Source of the DNA: Octopus sinensis
Taxonomy: Eukaryota
Assembly (NCBI RefSeq): GCF_006345805.1
Contig: NC_043017.1
Location: forward strand, 13,392,001 to 13,456,000
Length of the DNA stretch: 64,000 nt
Direction: 5' to 3'
Part shown: piece after piece, positions 50,549-62,858 of the stretch
How the letters are laid out: each line of letters starts with the position of its first letter
Position numbering within the stretch: the stretch's first letter is position 1
Notes under the pieces: generated by a model
The model's database searches: none
The model's input: only the letters and a program-made list of their open reading frames with translations
Told to the model about the DNA's origin: nothing
Translations under genes and position numbers: made by a program

Positions 50549-50695
50549 AATACATAAATGTAACATTTAATCTTCCTTGGTTGTTCATCCCAAGTATTAA
50601 GTGCAACTCTATTAATTTCTGCCCTCATAATTAACTGAGACATAGACCAAGCAATACAGAATTATAAATTATAAGGAAATATTTTGGAAACTCAC

Positions 50696-50882
50696 CCATA
50701 ATAGCCTTTGAGCAAATGCAGCACTTCTTAGCAAACAAGTCACCATAGCAATCAGCACAATACGGCTTTTCCTCACGTGATGTGAATTTCTCTCCGGCTA
50801 GATTTTTGTTGCATTTCGAGCAAGTGAAGCATTCGCGATGCCATGGGATGTCCTTGTATGCAACACCACCTTTGGTTAGCAC
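50696..50882 (-). CDS. FHL2: FHL2/Limpet-like exon (VLTKGGVAYKDIPWHRECFTCSKCNKNLAGEKFTSREEKPYCADCYGDLFAKKCCICSKAIMG)
   Basis: catgcag acceptor, gtgagt donor; 187 nt, phase 0-1; GGV.Y...PWHRECF and FTSR.EKPYC motifs of FHL. Confidence 0.93.
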
Positions 50883-50989
50883 CTGCATGGATGGGGAAAA
50901 TAAAAAGAACAGCAGATATTTATCTTAAATACATTTCCTTTATGCGTTAATTCATTTTTTATATAGATCAAAATCAAATTTGATGACTG

Positions 50990-51512
50990 GCATCCATGCT
51001 AGAGGGGTGCAAAGAGCAACATATGAGTGTGATCATTGACAGAGCGACTAACCGGCTTTCGTGCCAGTGGCATATAAAAGGCACTATTCGAGTGTGATTG
51101 TTACCAGCGTCGCCTTACTGGCACTTGTGCCCGTGCTAGTAGGGTGCCAAGAGCACCATCCGAGCGTGATTGTTGCCAGAGCGGCTAAGTGGCTTCTGTG
51201 CCAGTGGCACGTAAAAGGCACCATTCGAGCGTGATCATTACCAGTGTCACCTTACTGGAACCTGTGCCGGTGGCATGTGTAAAAAGATTCAAGCGAGGTT
51301 GTTGCCAGTACCGCCTGACTGGCCCCCGTGCTGGTGGCTCGTAAAAAGCACCCACTACACTCTTGGAGTGGTTGGCGTTAGGAAGGGCATCCAGCTGTAG
51401 AAACTCTGCCAGATCAAGATTGGAGCCTGGTGCAGCCATCTGGTTCACCAGCCCTCAGTCAAAATCGTCCAACTCATGCTAGCATGGAAAGTGGACGTTA
51501 AACGCTGATGAA
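50990..51512 (+). mobile_element. Retroposon family D with about 5 diverged cassettes
   Basis: Repeated gtgccagtggcacgtaaaa core followed by the family D 3' end. Confidence 0.78.
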
Positions 51513-52248
51513 GGGACATGGTCCAGAGATTAGGATGTGGCACTCTTGATTGCCAGATTGTGGTTTTGATTCTCAGACTGGTGGTGCATTGTGTTCTTGG
51601 GCAAAACATTATTTCACATTGCTCCAGTTCATTCAGTTGTAGATAGGTGATCCTGTGACTAAGTGACATTCCACTCAAGGGGAATGTTGGCCTGCTCACC
51701 TAGCCAGTGGGGTGGCGTCATTTGAAAGCTACAACAATGCGGGAAAGTGCATTGTGACCAGTGGTGTATAGCTATATCTGATAGTCTGCGTGATATAGTG
51801 ATACACACATATATTCAGTTAGTAGTCCATAAGTCAGAAAAAAAGCACACTCTAAAACAGAAATAGAGGGGTGTGTGTGTGTGTATCATCATCGTCATTT
51901 AGCATCCGTTTTCTATGGGTTGAACAGTTTGACTGGAACTGGTAAGCTGGAGGGCTGTACCAAGTATATATGTGTGTATGTATGTATGTATGTGTGTGTG
52001 TGTATGAGGGTGCATGGCTTAGTGGTTAGGGTGTTGCACTCACAGTCACAAGATCGTGGCTTCAATTCCTAGACTGGGTGGTGTGTTGAGTTCTTGAGCA
52101 AAATACTTAATCTCACATTGCTTTGTGATCACTTCGACACCTGACATGTAGTACACCATGCATTTGTTCAGGCAATGTCAATTTGATGGAGGGAATGAGC
52201 TAATGTACAGCACATACATTTGATCACCACAAACAAATCATTTGTGCA

Positions 52249-52616
52249 AGTCGTTTGGCAAGGGTTGAACACTCATACATCGTCTTTGACAGGAGAGTCC
52301 ATCATATATATTGTTGACCAGCATATCCCTGGTTATGACATATAACTGGTCAGAATATTACTGACAAAGGCGGCAAGCTGGCAGAAACGAAATGCTTAGC
52401 GGTATAGTTTTTCATGGTGGCATGGGTTGGACGGTTTGACAGGACCTGGCTAGGCAGAAGACTACACCAAGTTTCACTGTCACTTCTGGCTGGGTTTTTA
52501 CAGCTGGATACCCTTCCTAACACCAACCACCCCACAGAGTGGACTGAGTGCTCTTTACATGACACCAGCACTGGTAAGGTTTGTTTTAGCATGGTTTTTA
52601 TGGCTAGATGACCTTC

Positions 52617-52652
<36 letters not shown>

Positions 52653-53016
52653 GAAGGTCATCTAGCCATAAAAACCATGCTAAAACAAACCTTACCAGTG
52701 CTGGTGTCATGTAAAGAGCACTCAGTCCACTCTGTGGGGTGGTTGGTGTTAGGAAGGGTATCCAGCTGTAAAAACCCAGCCAGAAGTGACAGTGAAACTT
52801 GGTGTAGTCTTCTGCCTAGCCAGGTCCTGTCAAACCGTCCAACCCATGCCAGCATGAAAAACTATACCGCTAAGCATTTCGTTTCTGCCAGCTTGCCGCC
52901 TTTGTCAGTAATATTCTGACCAGTTATATGTCATAACCAGGGATATGCTGGTCAACAATATATATGATGGACTCTCCTGTCAAAGACGATGTATGAGTGT
53001 TCAACCCTTGCCAAAC

Positions 53017-53020
<4 letters not shown>
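52249..53020. repeat. 772-bp palindrome (386-bp arms, 1 mismatch) centred on (AT)14
   Basis: Arms compared by eye; pairing positions sum to 105269; single G/G mismatch at 52417/52852. Confidence 0.95.
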
Positions 53021-53058
<38 letters not shown>

Positions 53059-54139
53059 CTAAATGGCGGTGCCCCAACATGGTCACAGCTCATGAGCTGA
53101 AACTGGAAAAATCAAAAATCATAATCAAATATATATATTATACACACATACAAAGAATAGGTTGACCTGGGGCTATAAAAGAAGGCACTTGCCCAATGTG
53201 CTGTGCAGTGAGACTGAACCTGAAACCACATCGTTCCAAAGCAAGCTTCTTAAACACAAAGCCATACTGCCTGGTTACTCATGCCTGTCTGTCCCACTAT
53301 GTAAGTTCACCTCGTCTCATACATTTAAAGTGTTTATTTCCCTGTCAATCTACTTGAAGTCTTACTCACTGCTGTTTCTACTTGAGACCACCAACACCAC
53401 CACCACTATTGACTTAGTTCTGACCCTATATACAGAACTATAACTAAAGCACTACCCTAATGACGCTGTTTAGCTCTTTGAGGAGTTAGTCTTACATGTC
53501 TTTGAACCACCTCTTGTATTAATAAAAAAAACTAGGCTGATTACTCAATGGAACTAATAGCTTAATTAATTCTCAACTTTTCGTTCTTTTTCATGTTTTT
53601 TTTCTTTTTACTTGTTAAAACTAAATCTTCAAATAAATTGGTTCCCTCTCAGACATCTTAAAAAATATTATATTCCTGCATATGTATGTTTGCGTGTTTG
53701 TATGTATATATTTGCAGACGTGTGTATGTGTGGACATATGTGAAGATCTAAAAATCCTGATCATGGCATAAGAAGTTTCAGTTTTAAAAAATTGCAATGG
53801 AACTTGAGTGAAAATGTGAAAAATAATTAAAAAACCTTGTTTAAAAAGATAAAACCAGATTACATGTATCTTGAAAGAATAACTGTCCTCTGTATAACAA
53901 ATGTACAGAATTATACATACATATAGGCATATATGTATAAATGTGTGTGTGTGTGTGTGTTGCATTCACAATTGTAAGATTGTGGTTTCAATTCTCTGAC
54001 TGGACATTGTGTTGTGTTCTTGAGCAAAACACTTCATTTCACATTGCTGGAACCCTTCTCATCGTAACCAATGGTGTATATATTATGTGTATATTCATAT
54101 ATACATGTATGTATGTATGTATATATATATATATAGCAG

Positions 54140-54398
54140 ATACTAGTGTCGCCTGATTGGTGTCCGTGTCGGTGACATGTAAAAGCACCAACCGTTTGCC
54201 AGCCTGCTCTGGCTCCTGTGCTGGTGGCATGTAAAAAACACCCACTACACTCACGGAGTGGTTGGCGTTAGGAAGGGCATCCAGCTGTAGAAACACTGCC
54301 AAATCAGACTAGAGCCTGGTGCAGCCTCTATGGCTTACCAGACCCAGGTCGAACCATCCAACCCATGCTAGCATGGAAAACGGACGTTAAATGTTGAT
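54140..54398 (+). mobile_element. Retroposon family D
   Basis: Family D match. Confidence 0.8.
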
Positions 54399-54693
54399 AT
54401 ATATATATATATGCCTGTATATATAAATATGCATATTTGTGTGTACATATGTGCATATATGTGTGTGTATATGTTAAGTATACATATATATATAAATTTT
54501 TATCGTATCTAAGATAGGTCTAAAGAAACTCTAAAATAACTTATATATTTTTTTTTAAAAAAACAAAAAAAACCCAAATATTTTTAGCCTGTCATTGTTG
54601 GATCAATAATGAATCTTTTGAATCAATAGCAGAACTCTTGGACCAATGACAGAACTGTGTGACCAATAATGGAAGTGTTAGATCAATACTTAC

Positions 54694-54863
54694 ACCATTG
54701 CATTTAGCACATTTCTGAGCATACTTATTTTCGAAACAGGGGATACAGACAACTTCATCACCACGAGGAATGAAGCTCTTGTTTTTAATGGCCTCTTTGC
54801 AGACATTGCACAAGAAACATTCTTCATGCCATTGAGTATTTTTGTATTCAAATTTCTTCATTC
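54694..54863 (-). CDS. FHL2: FHL2/Limpet-like exon (GMKKFEYKNTQWHEECFLCNVCKEAIKNKSFIPRGDEVVCIPCFENKYAQKCAKCNG)
   Basis: ttgtag acceptor, gtaagt donor; 170 nt, phase 1-0; LIM zinc ligands intact. Confidence 0.93.
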
Positions 54864-55477
54864 CTACAAAATTTAAATGAATAAATATATCAATTAACAG
54901 AAAGAAAATAGAGAAAAAAAAAAAACAGGAGCTTCTAGAAAAGAAATCAAAACTCCTTTACAACCTTAAAAACAAATTCCATTTCACCATTATTTTAATT
55001 TTAGTTGTTGGCTAAGAATTAAGGGTGCCATTTTCAGAGTGACATTTTTTCTACTTCTAGACTAGGGTCCATTTAAGATTTTGGGTGTCCACACTAGCAA
55101 AATAGTAAATTAGGAATCCACAATAATATTTTAAGGGTCCATGAAAAATTTTGATTTTGCTGTATTTATTGCCAGAAACAGGTTTCTTTCTCTATGTTAG
55201 TTAATGGATGAAGAACAAAATTGGAATTTGAAAGAAGCATCTATAAAGCTAGTTTTTAGACACTGGATGGCTATGGTGGTCCACTAGAATAGAATAGTAA
55301 TGAAAGAGATCCATAGGTAAAAAAACAAATGGTTGAGACAAAGGATCTATCTTGGTATCTTTGATAATAGAAACCATGGTAAGTGCTACTAAGTCATTCA
55401 TGGTTGTGAATAATAATATTAGTTTTACTATTTCTGTTTGTATGTATCTTTTATCTTTTACTTGCTTCAGTCATTAA

Positions 55478-55645
55478 CCCTTTCGTTACTGTATTTATTT
55501 TTAGTAAAATAAATTAGTTATCATTAAATTAGGAACATAAATTGTGACTAAGGTTTGGTGGAAGATTTTAATTCAAAACTTATGAAAACAAGACATTTGT
55601 ACTATAGAGCCAGAGGCGGTTTCAGCCGGGTTGGTAACAAAAGGG
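55478..55645. mobile_element. piggyBac-type MITE P1, internally deleted, inserted in a SINE B remnant
   Basis: TTAA TSD at 55474-55477 and 55646-55649; ccctttcgttac / gtaacaaaaggg. Confidence 0.8.
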
Positions 55646-55855
55646 TTAAACTGTGGCCAGGATGCAGCACCACCTTGAAGAATTTTTAGTCAAATGAATT
55701 GACCTCAGTACTGATTTTTTTCTTAAACCTAATACTTGTTCTATTGACCCTGCTAAGTTATGGGGATGTAAACACACCAAAACCAGTTCTCAAGCAGTAG
55801 TGGGGGACGAACACACACACACACACATATATTTGGCCAAAGTGACTAATGGAAT

Positions 55856-56026
55856 CATCATCATCATCGTTTAACGTCCGTTCTCCATGCTAGCATGGGT
55901 TGGATGGTTCGACCGGGGATCTGGGAAGCCAGAAGGCTGCACCAGGCTCCAGTCTGATCTGGCAGTGTTTCTGCATCAGGCTCCAGTCTGATCTGGCAGT
56001 GTTTCTACAGCTGGATGCCCTTCCTA
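55856..56026 (-). mobile_element. Retroposon family D 3' end
   Basis: Family D reverse complement with a small internal duplication. Confidence 0.78.
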
Positions 56027-56193
56027 AACACTAAATTTAAGATAAGTACTGGGGTCGATTTATTTGCCTAATCCAACAAAGGCAATGTTCCAGCATGGCC
56101 ACAGTTCAGTAACTGGACCTAGTATAAAAGCAATCAAAACAAAATATGCATAAAAAAAAAAAGACAAAAAAAGATAAAACTTCACTGCCCTAC

Positions 56194-56368
56194 CTCCTTT
56201 AAAAGGTTTTTTACATCCATCACATCTAGCTGCAAACAGTTCATCATGGCAATCTGAACAGAAAATTGCATCATCCTTGTAAGCAAAAGGCTGGTTGACA
56301 AGGCTCTTTTGACATTCACCGCATTTGAAGCAGAATTCATGCCAATGCTTATCTTTGTATGATAAATC
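56194..56368 (-). CDS. FHL2: FHL2/Limpet-like LIM protein, first exon in window (DLSYKDKHWHEFCFKCGECQKSLVNQPFAYKDDAIFCSDCHDELFAARCDGCKKPFKG); half-LIM exon not found in window
   Basis: Minus-strand tttgtag acceptor, gtaggg donor; 175 nt, phase 0-1; LIM Cys/His spacing and the DLSYKD.HWH motif of FHL/Limpet. The supplied ORF here is in the wrong frame. Confidence 0.92.
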
Positions 56369-56615
56369 CTACAAAGAAACAAAAGGAAATAACGTATAAA
56401 GACAAAAGTAAAAATAGAATCAAAATTAAAATGTGTAATGTTAAACTACATGCATAATATGAAGGGCTTTTTACTCATCAAAATCAAGATAAAATAAGGG
56501 ATATAAATAAACAATTTTTCCACACCCATTTTATTAAGGCAGAAAATTACAAAGTAATAAAGCTTTATTTTTTTTACATTATTATTACTGTAAAAAACAA
56601 TTTTTTTACATTAAA

Positions 56616-56962
56616 TCCACTGCGTGGCACCTTGGGCAAGTGTCTTCTGCTATAGCCCCGGGCCGACCAATGCCTTGTGGGTGGATTTGGTAGACGGAAA
56701 CTGAAAGAAGCCTGTCGTATATATGTATATATATATAAGTGTGTATGTGTTTGTGTGTCTATGTTTGTCCCCCTAGCATTGCTTGACAACCGATGCTGGC
56801 ATGTTTACGTCCCTGTCACTTAGCGGTTCGGCAAAAGAGACCGATAGAATAAGTACTGGGCTTACAAAGAATAAGTCCCGGGGTCGATTTGTTCGACTAA
56901 AGGCGGTGCACCAGCATGGCTGCAGTCAAATGACTGAAACAAGTAAAAGAGTAAAAGAGTAA
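56616..56962 (+). mobile_element. SINE B, 5'-truncated
   Basis: Starts within the B-box/CORE region (ccactgcgtggcacc). Confidence 0.8.
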
Positions 56963-57559
56963 ATACATAGAAATATTAAATCAGCCCTAGTATTTAACTT
57001 GTATCTTTATGATTTGATCTTATCAACCATGGAAAATGAGAGGCAAAAAGTTTGAACTCAAGAAATAAAGCGGTATTTTGCACCAGCAATCTGTTCTAAT
57101 GGTTCTGTTCTATTCCACCAATTCCCTGCCTAGAATCAACAAACTTCAAAAAGTTCTACATAGCTTCCGGCCATATTGTTGTTATTATTTTATTATATTT
57201 TAAGCATTCTAACATGACATTATTATTATTATTGGTGAGACAAGTTTGTAGTTTAGCTTTATAGTTTACACTGATATTAAACATGATATTAAGAGCTGTT
57301 TTATTTAGCTTTCAAGGGAACCTGTTCTGTTTATGTGAGGTTAACAAGATTGTTTTATGAACAGATGACAGTTAATAATTTGTGTGAAATGTTAGAATAG
57401 GGTGGTGGCACTGTTGTTGGTGGTACAGGAAGGGTGGAGGGTGTGTAAGAAGGTTAAAGAAGAAAAGTGGTTTGGAAACTGAAGGTAAATGAAGACAAGG
57501 GGTGAATGAAGCTGGAGGGAGGGGGTGAACGAAAACTGGTAGGTTGGTGGGAGTTGAGT

Positions 57560-57745
57560 GATGACTGTTGAAATGAGTGATGACTGCTGAGAGTAAATGA
57601 TGGCTGCTTGAGAGTGAACGATAGCTAGAGTGAATGATGATTGCTGGAAATGAGTAATGATTGGTGAGAGTGAATGAAAATGTGGGTGAATGACTGCTGA
57701 GGGGAATGAAAACTATTGGAGAGTAAATGACTGTTAGTAATGTTT
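57560..57745. repeat. Degenerate short minisatellite (gagagtgaatgactgctg-like)
   Basis: Roughly 8 imperfect units visible. Confidence 0.55.
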
Positions 57746-58059
57746 TGTCCCTGGTGGTGGTCATGTGTTGGAGGGGAAAAGCATAAATAACTATTCAGAC
57801 TTGAACCAATTCCTGTTATTTAAGAATTTATGATTTGATAAGTTTTAAAAGAATAGAATTTCTAAGTTCAAATGTTGCTGAAAGTAGAAATCCAGGCTCA
57901 GCAGATTGGGTTAAAAGTAGTGAATCACATGAATGTCAAGAACCACATAATTCTATTTCTTTTTTTCTAATATTTTAGTCAATTGCTACTTTTTAAAACT
58001 ATAATTTTTAAAGATATATAAATATATATATATATAGTATACTGTTTCCATGAAGGTAA

Positions 58060-58393
58060 AAGACCCCCTTTGGTCATGAATGACCATGGGATTGCACCTA
58101 GAAAGTTACCCTCCTAGACACAAGTCCGGGCAAGGTTGTTTATGGAAGACCAGCAGTCGCCCATGCATACAAGCCTCCCCTCTCCACGCCACCAGTGTTA
58201 TCCAAGGGAAACACAAAGGTCGATACAGCTTGGTACCAGTGACGTAGCAACTCATTTCTACAGCTGAGTGAACTGGAGCAACGTGAAATAAAGTGCTTTG
58301 CTCAAGAACACAACACGTAGCCCGGTCCGGGATTCAAGCTCACAACCTCACGATCGTAAGCTCGATGCTCTAACCACTGAGCCATGCGCCTTC
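58060..58393 (-). mobile_element. SINE family E
   Basis: ttccatgaaggtaa duplicated at 58046-58059 and 58391-58404 (TSD overlapping the element end). Confidence 0.85.
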
Positions 58394-58441
58394 CATGAAG
58401 GTAACATCAACAAAAAAAGTACGCCATCTGGTGAGAGATAA

Positions 58442-58643
58442 ATATTGTTTAATAAACACAGTTATATATTTTTATGAGCTGCTAACAGTTTCATGCACTG
58501 AAAACAACCTAGACATCATTTTATGACACATCTGGTGCGTTCACACAATCCTCAGGTACCAGATGTATTATAAAATGTTGTCTGAGGCATTTTTATTGCA
58601 TGAAACTATTAGCAGCTCACAAAAATATATACTGTGTTTATTA

Positions 58644-58651
<8 letters not shown>
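58442..58651. mobile_element. Palindromic MITE (about 55-bp imperfect TIRs, TA flanks)
   Basis: attgtttaataaacacag...catgca pairs with tgcatgaaac...ctgtgtttattaaacaat. Confidence 0.7.
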
Positions 58652-58681
<30 letters not shown>

Positions 58682-60694
58682 CATACAAACACACACATCA
58701 AACTTAGTGAAGTAAAATCGTGGTCATGGCCTGAAGCCAATGACACGTGAAAAGCACCTGTGCTAGTGACATGTATAAGGGACACAGTATGCTCTGTAGA
58801 GTGGTTGGCATTAGGAAGGGCATCCAGCCATAGAAACCATGCCAAATCAGACTGGAATACTGTACAGCTCTCCAGCTTGCAAGCTCTGGTCAAACCACTC
58901 AACTCATGCCAGCATTGAAAACAGATATTAAATGATGATGATGATATCACTGTATCAACCAGACTACCAGATGTTATACACCACTGGTCACAATGCACTT
59001 CCTTGTGTGTTTATGCTAGTGTGTTTATGTCCCCGTTACTTAGCGGTTCGGCAAAAGAGACCGATAGAATAAGTACTGGGCTTACAAAAGAATAAGTCCC
59101 GGGGTCGAGTTGCTCGATTAAAGGTGGTGCTCCAGCATGGCCGCAGTCAAATGACTGAAACAAGTAAAAGAGTAAAAGAGTATAGATATATAAACACTTA
59201 TATTCTAGGTATTTCAGGATTATTTTCTTTATTGTAGTATCTTTGCTAGGTGTTTTTTGTATTCTTTTTTTGTAATTCTATTATTTTCTTTCTAACACTT
59301 TTCTGGTTTATTTTGGTTTTTAAAAACCTATTTTGCTTTTTCCAAAATTAAAATACCTTTCAATACTCTTAGAGTAAAGAATTGTTGAATACACTGGCAC
59401 AGTCATGAGATAAGATGATAAATATAGACAAGCAAGATTACACCATCTACACATTATTATTATTACTATTTATTATTGTTACTAGTAGTAGTGGTAGTAT
59501 TATTATTATTATTCTACCCAACAAGTGTGTTGTAAGACAGGTAACATCAATGATAATTTGTTGCTAGTTTGAAATAATTGAGCAAAAGCTGCTAGACACA
59601 CATCTGTGCTTTGCTTTTGCAAATGAGCCAAGTTTTCTTTCAGCTGAGATCATCACCATCACCACCACCACCGCCAACAGTGACAGCCCAACCCACTCTT
59701 TCTTAATTCCTCAAGACACCCACACTAGTACCAGCCAACTACTGTACTAAAAGCTTGTTCATGACCAATTATGGTGGTTGAAAATCTAAAGAAAGAAAAC
59801 ACCGCTGCCTGTGAAAGAAATAGGAAATGAATTGTGGAAATAAAAACTACAGAACGTATGGAAATAATAATAATAACAAAATAAAATAAAATAGTAGTAC
59901 ACAGAAAAACACACACACACACTGCGCAACACCTATATGTGTGTGTGTGCATGCGTGTGTGTGTGTGTACGTAATTGTGCATCCAGATGTGTACCCAGAT
60001 AGAAGAAAACAAAATTAAGATATCATTTGGGATTGATTAAGATGAGCCTTACTGATGGCGGGAGAGGAGGGGGGCGTCTGTATCTGTATCTGTGAGTTGT
60101 TTCAATCTCGGCATCAGTTCTTACTCCCAGTTTATTTTATGGCAAAACTGAAAGGACTCCCGAAGGCAACATCAATCAACCTCTGAGTCATTACCTATTT
60201 CTTTACTACCCACAAGGGGCTAAACACAGATAGGACAAACAAGGACAGACAAATGGATTAAGTTGACCCCAGTGTGTAACTGGAAACAGGATATCTTCTT
60301 GATATCCTGTTTCCAGATTTCTATATTGTAAAATACTAGATATTCATGTATGGCTTTTCTTGCATCCCCTGTTCCTTTCCTAAACACTTTAAACCATATT
60401 TATTCCTGTGAATATAAGGAGTCAACAACTTCAACATATGTTGTCTTTTATTCCCTATTAATTTCTAGCTCTGCCAGCAGGTTCCAGTTATATCAGCCAC
60501 AAGATGTCTTTGATGCTTAAAATTGGCCTTTGTCACAGACCCTTGACCATAAATATTTTCTTTGCTACTCTATCTGTTTTTTACTAGTTCTCAAAAGATG
60601 TACCCCAATGCATTGGTGTACTACAAGGGGTGTCTCAGTGCATAGCAGGTTTTTAAAAATATAATTCAACTCTTTTGCTGCCATATTTCTATTG

Positions 60695-61120
60695 AAATAC
60701 ATCACCTTTGTTTCAAATGAAGAAAGGCTGAAGACGCTCGACCTTTATTCTCTAGAAAAACGCCGCCGCCGTGGTGATCTCATTCTCGCCCACAGCATCA
60801 TAAGCGGAAAGTGTAACCTCTCGAAAGAGCTGTTCTTCACTCCTGCTCCAGAGCGTCGGTTGCGGGGTCATTCCGAAAAGCTCTACCTGCGATGATTTCA
60901 TCTCAATCGAAGGAGAGGAGCTTTCTCCGTCCAGGTTGCGGATCCGTGGAACAAGCTGCCAGACGAGATGGTGAAGATGCCGACGACCACTTTGTTCAAA
61001 GCCTCCCTTGACCTCAAGTGGCCTGAACTCTTTACATGAACACCACCCTGTACATAACTCCATGTCCCCCTACATGGCCTTGCTATTTGCTTTTGAGCCA
61101 AATTAACTAACTAACTAAAT
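60695..61120 (+). mobile_element. CR1-clade LINE 3' end (frameshifted)
   Basis: EERLKTLDLYSLEKRRRRGDLI...LRGH...AFSVQVADPWNKLP; (AACT)n tail. Confidence 0.85.
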
Positions 61121-61519
61121 GATTTTAGAAATAATGAATTTAGTAAAATAACTGCCATTCTTAAAACTAGTGTTTGGAACATAACTTAAAATGAAATTTT
61201 GATGGTCTTAATTTTAAATCACATTAAATTAGAAGTTTTGCATCATCAGACCAGGAGAGGTTTCAGGCAGAAGTTGGTATCAAAATGGTTACAGTTTTAA
61301 TATTTATACTGGAACAAGGTGGAAAGGGTACTGAAATGTTCCTGGCTTTAAGGGTGTCGCAAAAGTCTGGTTGGAGCCCAACCTTCCAAGTTCTTTTACA
61401 GAGCTTAGAAAAACTGAAGGACCACTGCTATAAGTGTGTGAATCTGAGAGGGGAATATGTTGAATAAAATTATAACTGATCCTTGGGTACAGTTCTATAT
61501 TTAAGAGATGAGGAATTAC

Positions 61520-62218
61520 GTACTGGCTTCCGTGTCGGTGGCACGTAAAAAGCACCATCCGAATCGTGGCCGAAGCCAGTGCCGCCTCGACTGGCTTCCG
61601 TGCAGGTGGCACGTAAAATGCACTATCCGAATCGTGGCTGAAGCCAGTGCCACCTCAACTGGCTTCTGTGCAGGTGGCACGTAAAATGCACCAATCCGAC
61701 CGTGGCCGATGCCAGCCTCACCTGGCACCTATGCTGGTGGCACGCAAAAAGCACCCACTACACTCACGGAGTGATTGGCGTTAGGAAGGGCATCCAGCTG
61801 TAGAAACATTGCCAGATAAGACCGGAGCCTGGTGCAGCCTTCTGGCTTCCCAGATCCCCGGTCGAACCGTCCAACCCATGCTAGCATGGAGAATGGACGT
61901 TAAACGATGATGATGATGATGATTTACATTTGTTAACAACAAACAAGATGAGGACAAATATCCGTTGAATGTAAATAGTGATCCTTGGATATTTTCTTTT
62001 ACCCAAAATCATGAAATTTTTCCAGCATTCCTCTCCTGTGCCGGTGACACATAAAAAACACCCACTACACTGAGGAAGTGGTTGGCGTTAGGAAGGGCAT
62101 CCAGCTGTAGAAACACTGCCAAATCAGACTGGAGCCTGGTGCAGCCTCCATGGCTTACCAGACCCCGGTTGAACCGTCCAACCCATGCCAGCACGGAAAA
62201 CAGACGTATGATGATGAT
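61520..62218 (+). mobile_element. Two family D copies (61520-61923 with 3-4 cassettes; 62030-62218)
   Basis: Family D match with (GAT)n tails. Confidence 0.8.
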
Positions 62219-62377
62219 ATATAAAGATATCTACTTCTGATGAGTACTGGGTTACATAATTGGACTGTTATCTAGCACTCTGTTGAACTCCCCAGGGCAA
62301 AACTAATTGGCAAGATCGGTCATAATTGAAGTATAATACTGTACACTTTGATTAATATATGTATATATATATATATA

Positions 62378-62858
62378 TATTTCTTTACTACCCACAAGGG
62401 GCTAAACACAGAGGGGACAAACAAGGACAGACAAAGGGATTAAGTCGATTATATCGACCCCAGTGCGTAACTGGTACTTAATTTATCGACCCCGAAAGGA
62501 TGAAAGGCAAAGTCGACCTCGGCGGAATTTGAACTCGGAACACAACGACAGACGAAATACGGCTACGAATTTCGCCCGGCGTGCTAACGTTTCTGCCAGC
62601 TCATATATAAGACAAAAATGATGAAGGAATAAGCTTTTTTATTTTTTTTACTACCCACAAGGAGCTAAACACAGAGGACAAACAAGGATAGACAAACGGA
62701 TTAAGTTGACCCCAGTGCGTAACTGGTACTTAATTTATCGACCCCGAAAGGATGAAAGGCAAAGTCGACCTCGGCGGAATTTGAACTCTGAACGTAACGG
62801 CAGATGAAATACGGCTACGCATTTCACCCGGCGTGCTAACGTTTCTGCCAGCTCGCCA
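62378..62858 (-). mobile_element. Two adjacent SINE A copies (about 62378-62603 and 62644-62858)
   Basis: Both match the family A reverse complement. Confidence 0.85.

Noticed and set aside
56182-56382. Supplied 66-aa ORF
   Set aside because: Wrong frame; the true LIM exon is 56368-56194 in another frame.
58320-58393. tRNA genes at SINE heads (also about 28512, 19000, 23410)
   Set aside because: A/B boxes are present but there is no closing acceptor stem, and each runs into a SINE body.
62237-62262. CTGATGA hammerhead core
   Set aside because: No GAAA after the putative stem II and no stem I or III.
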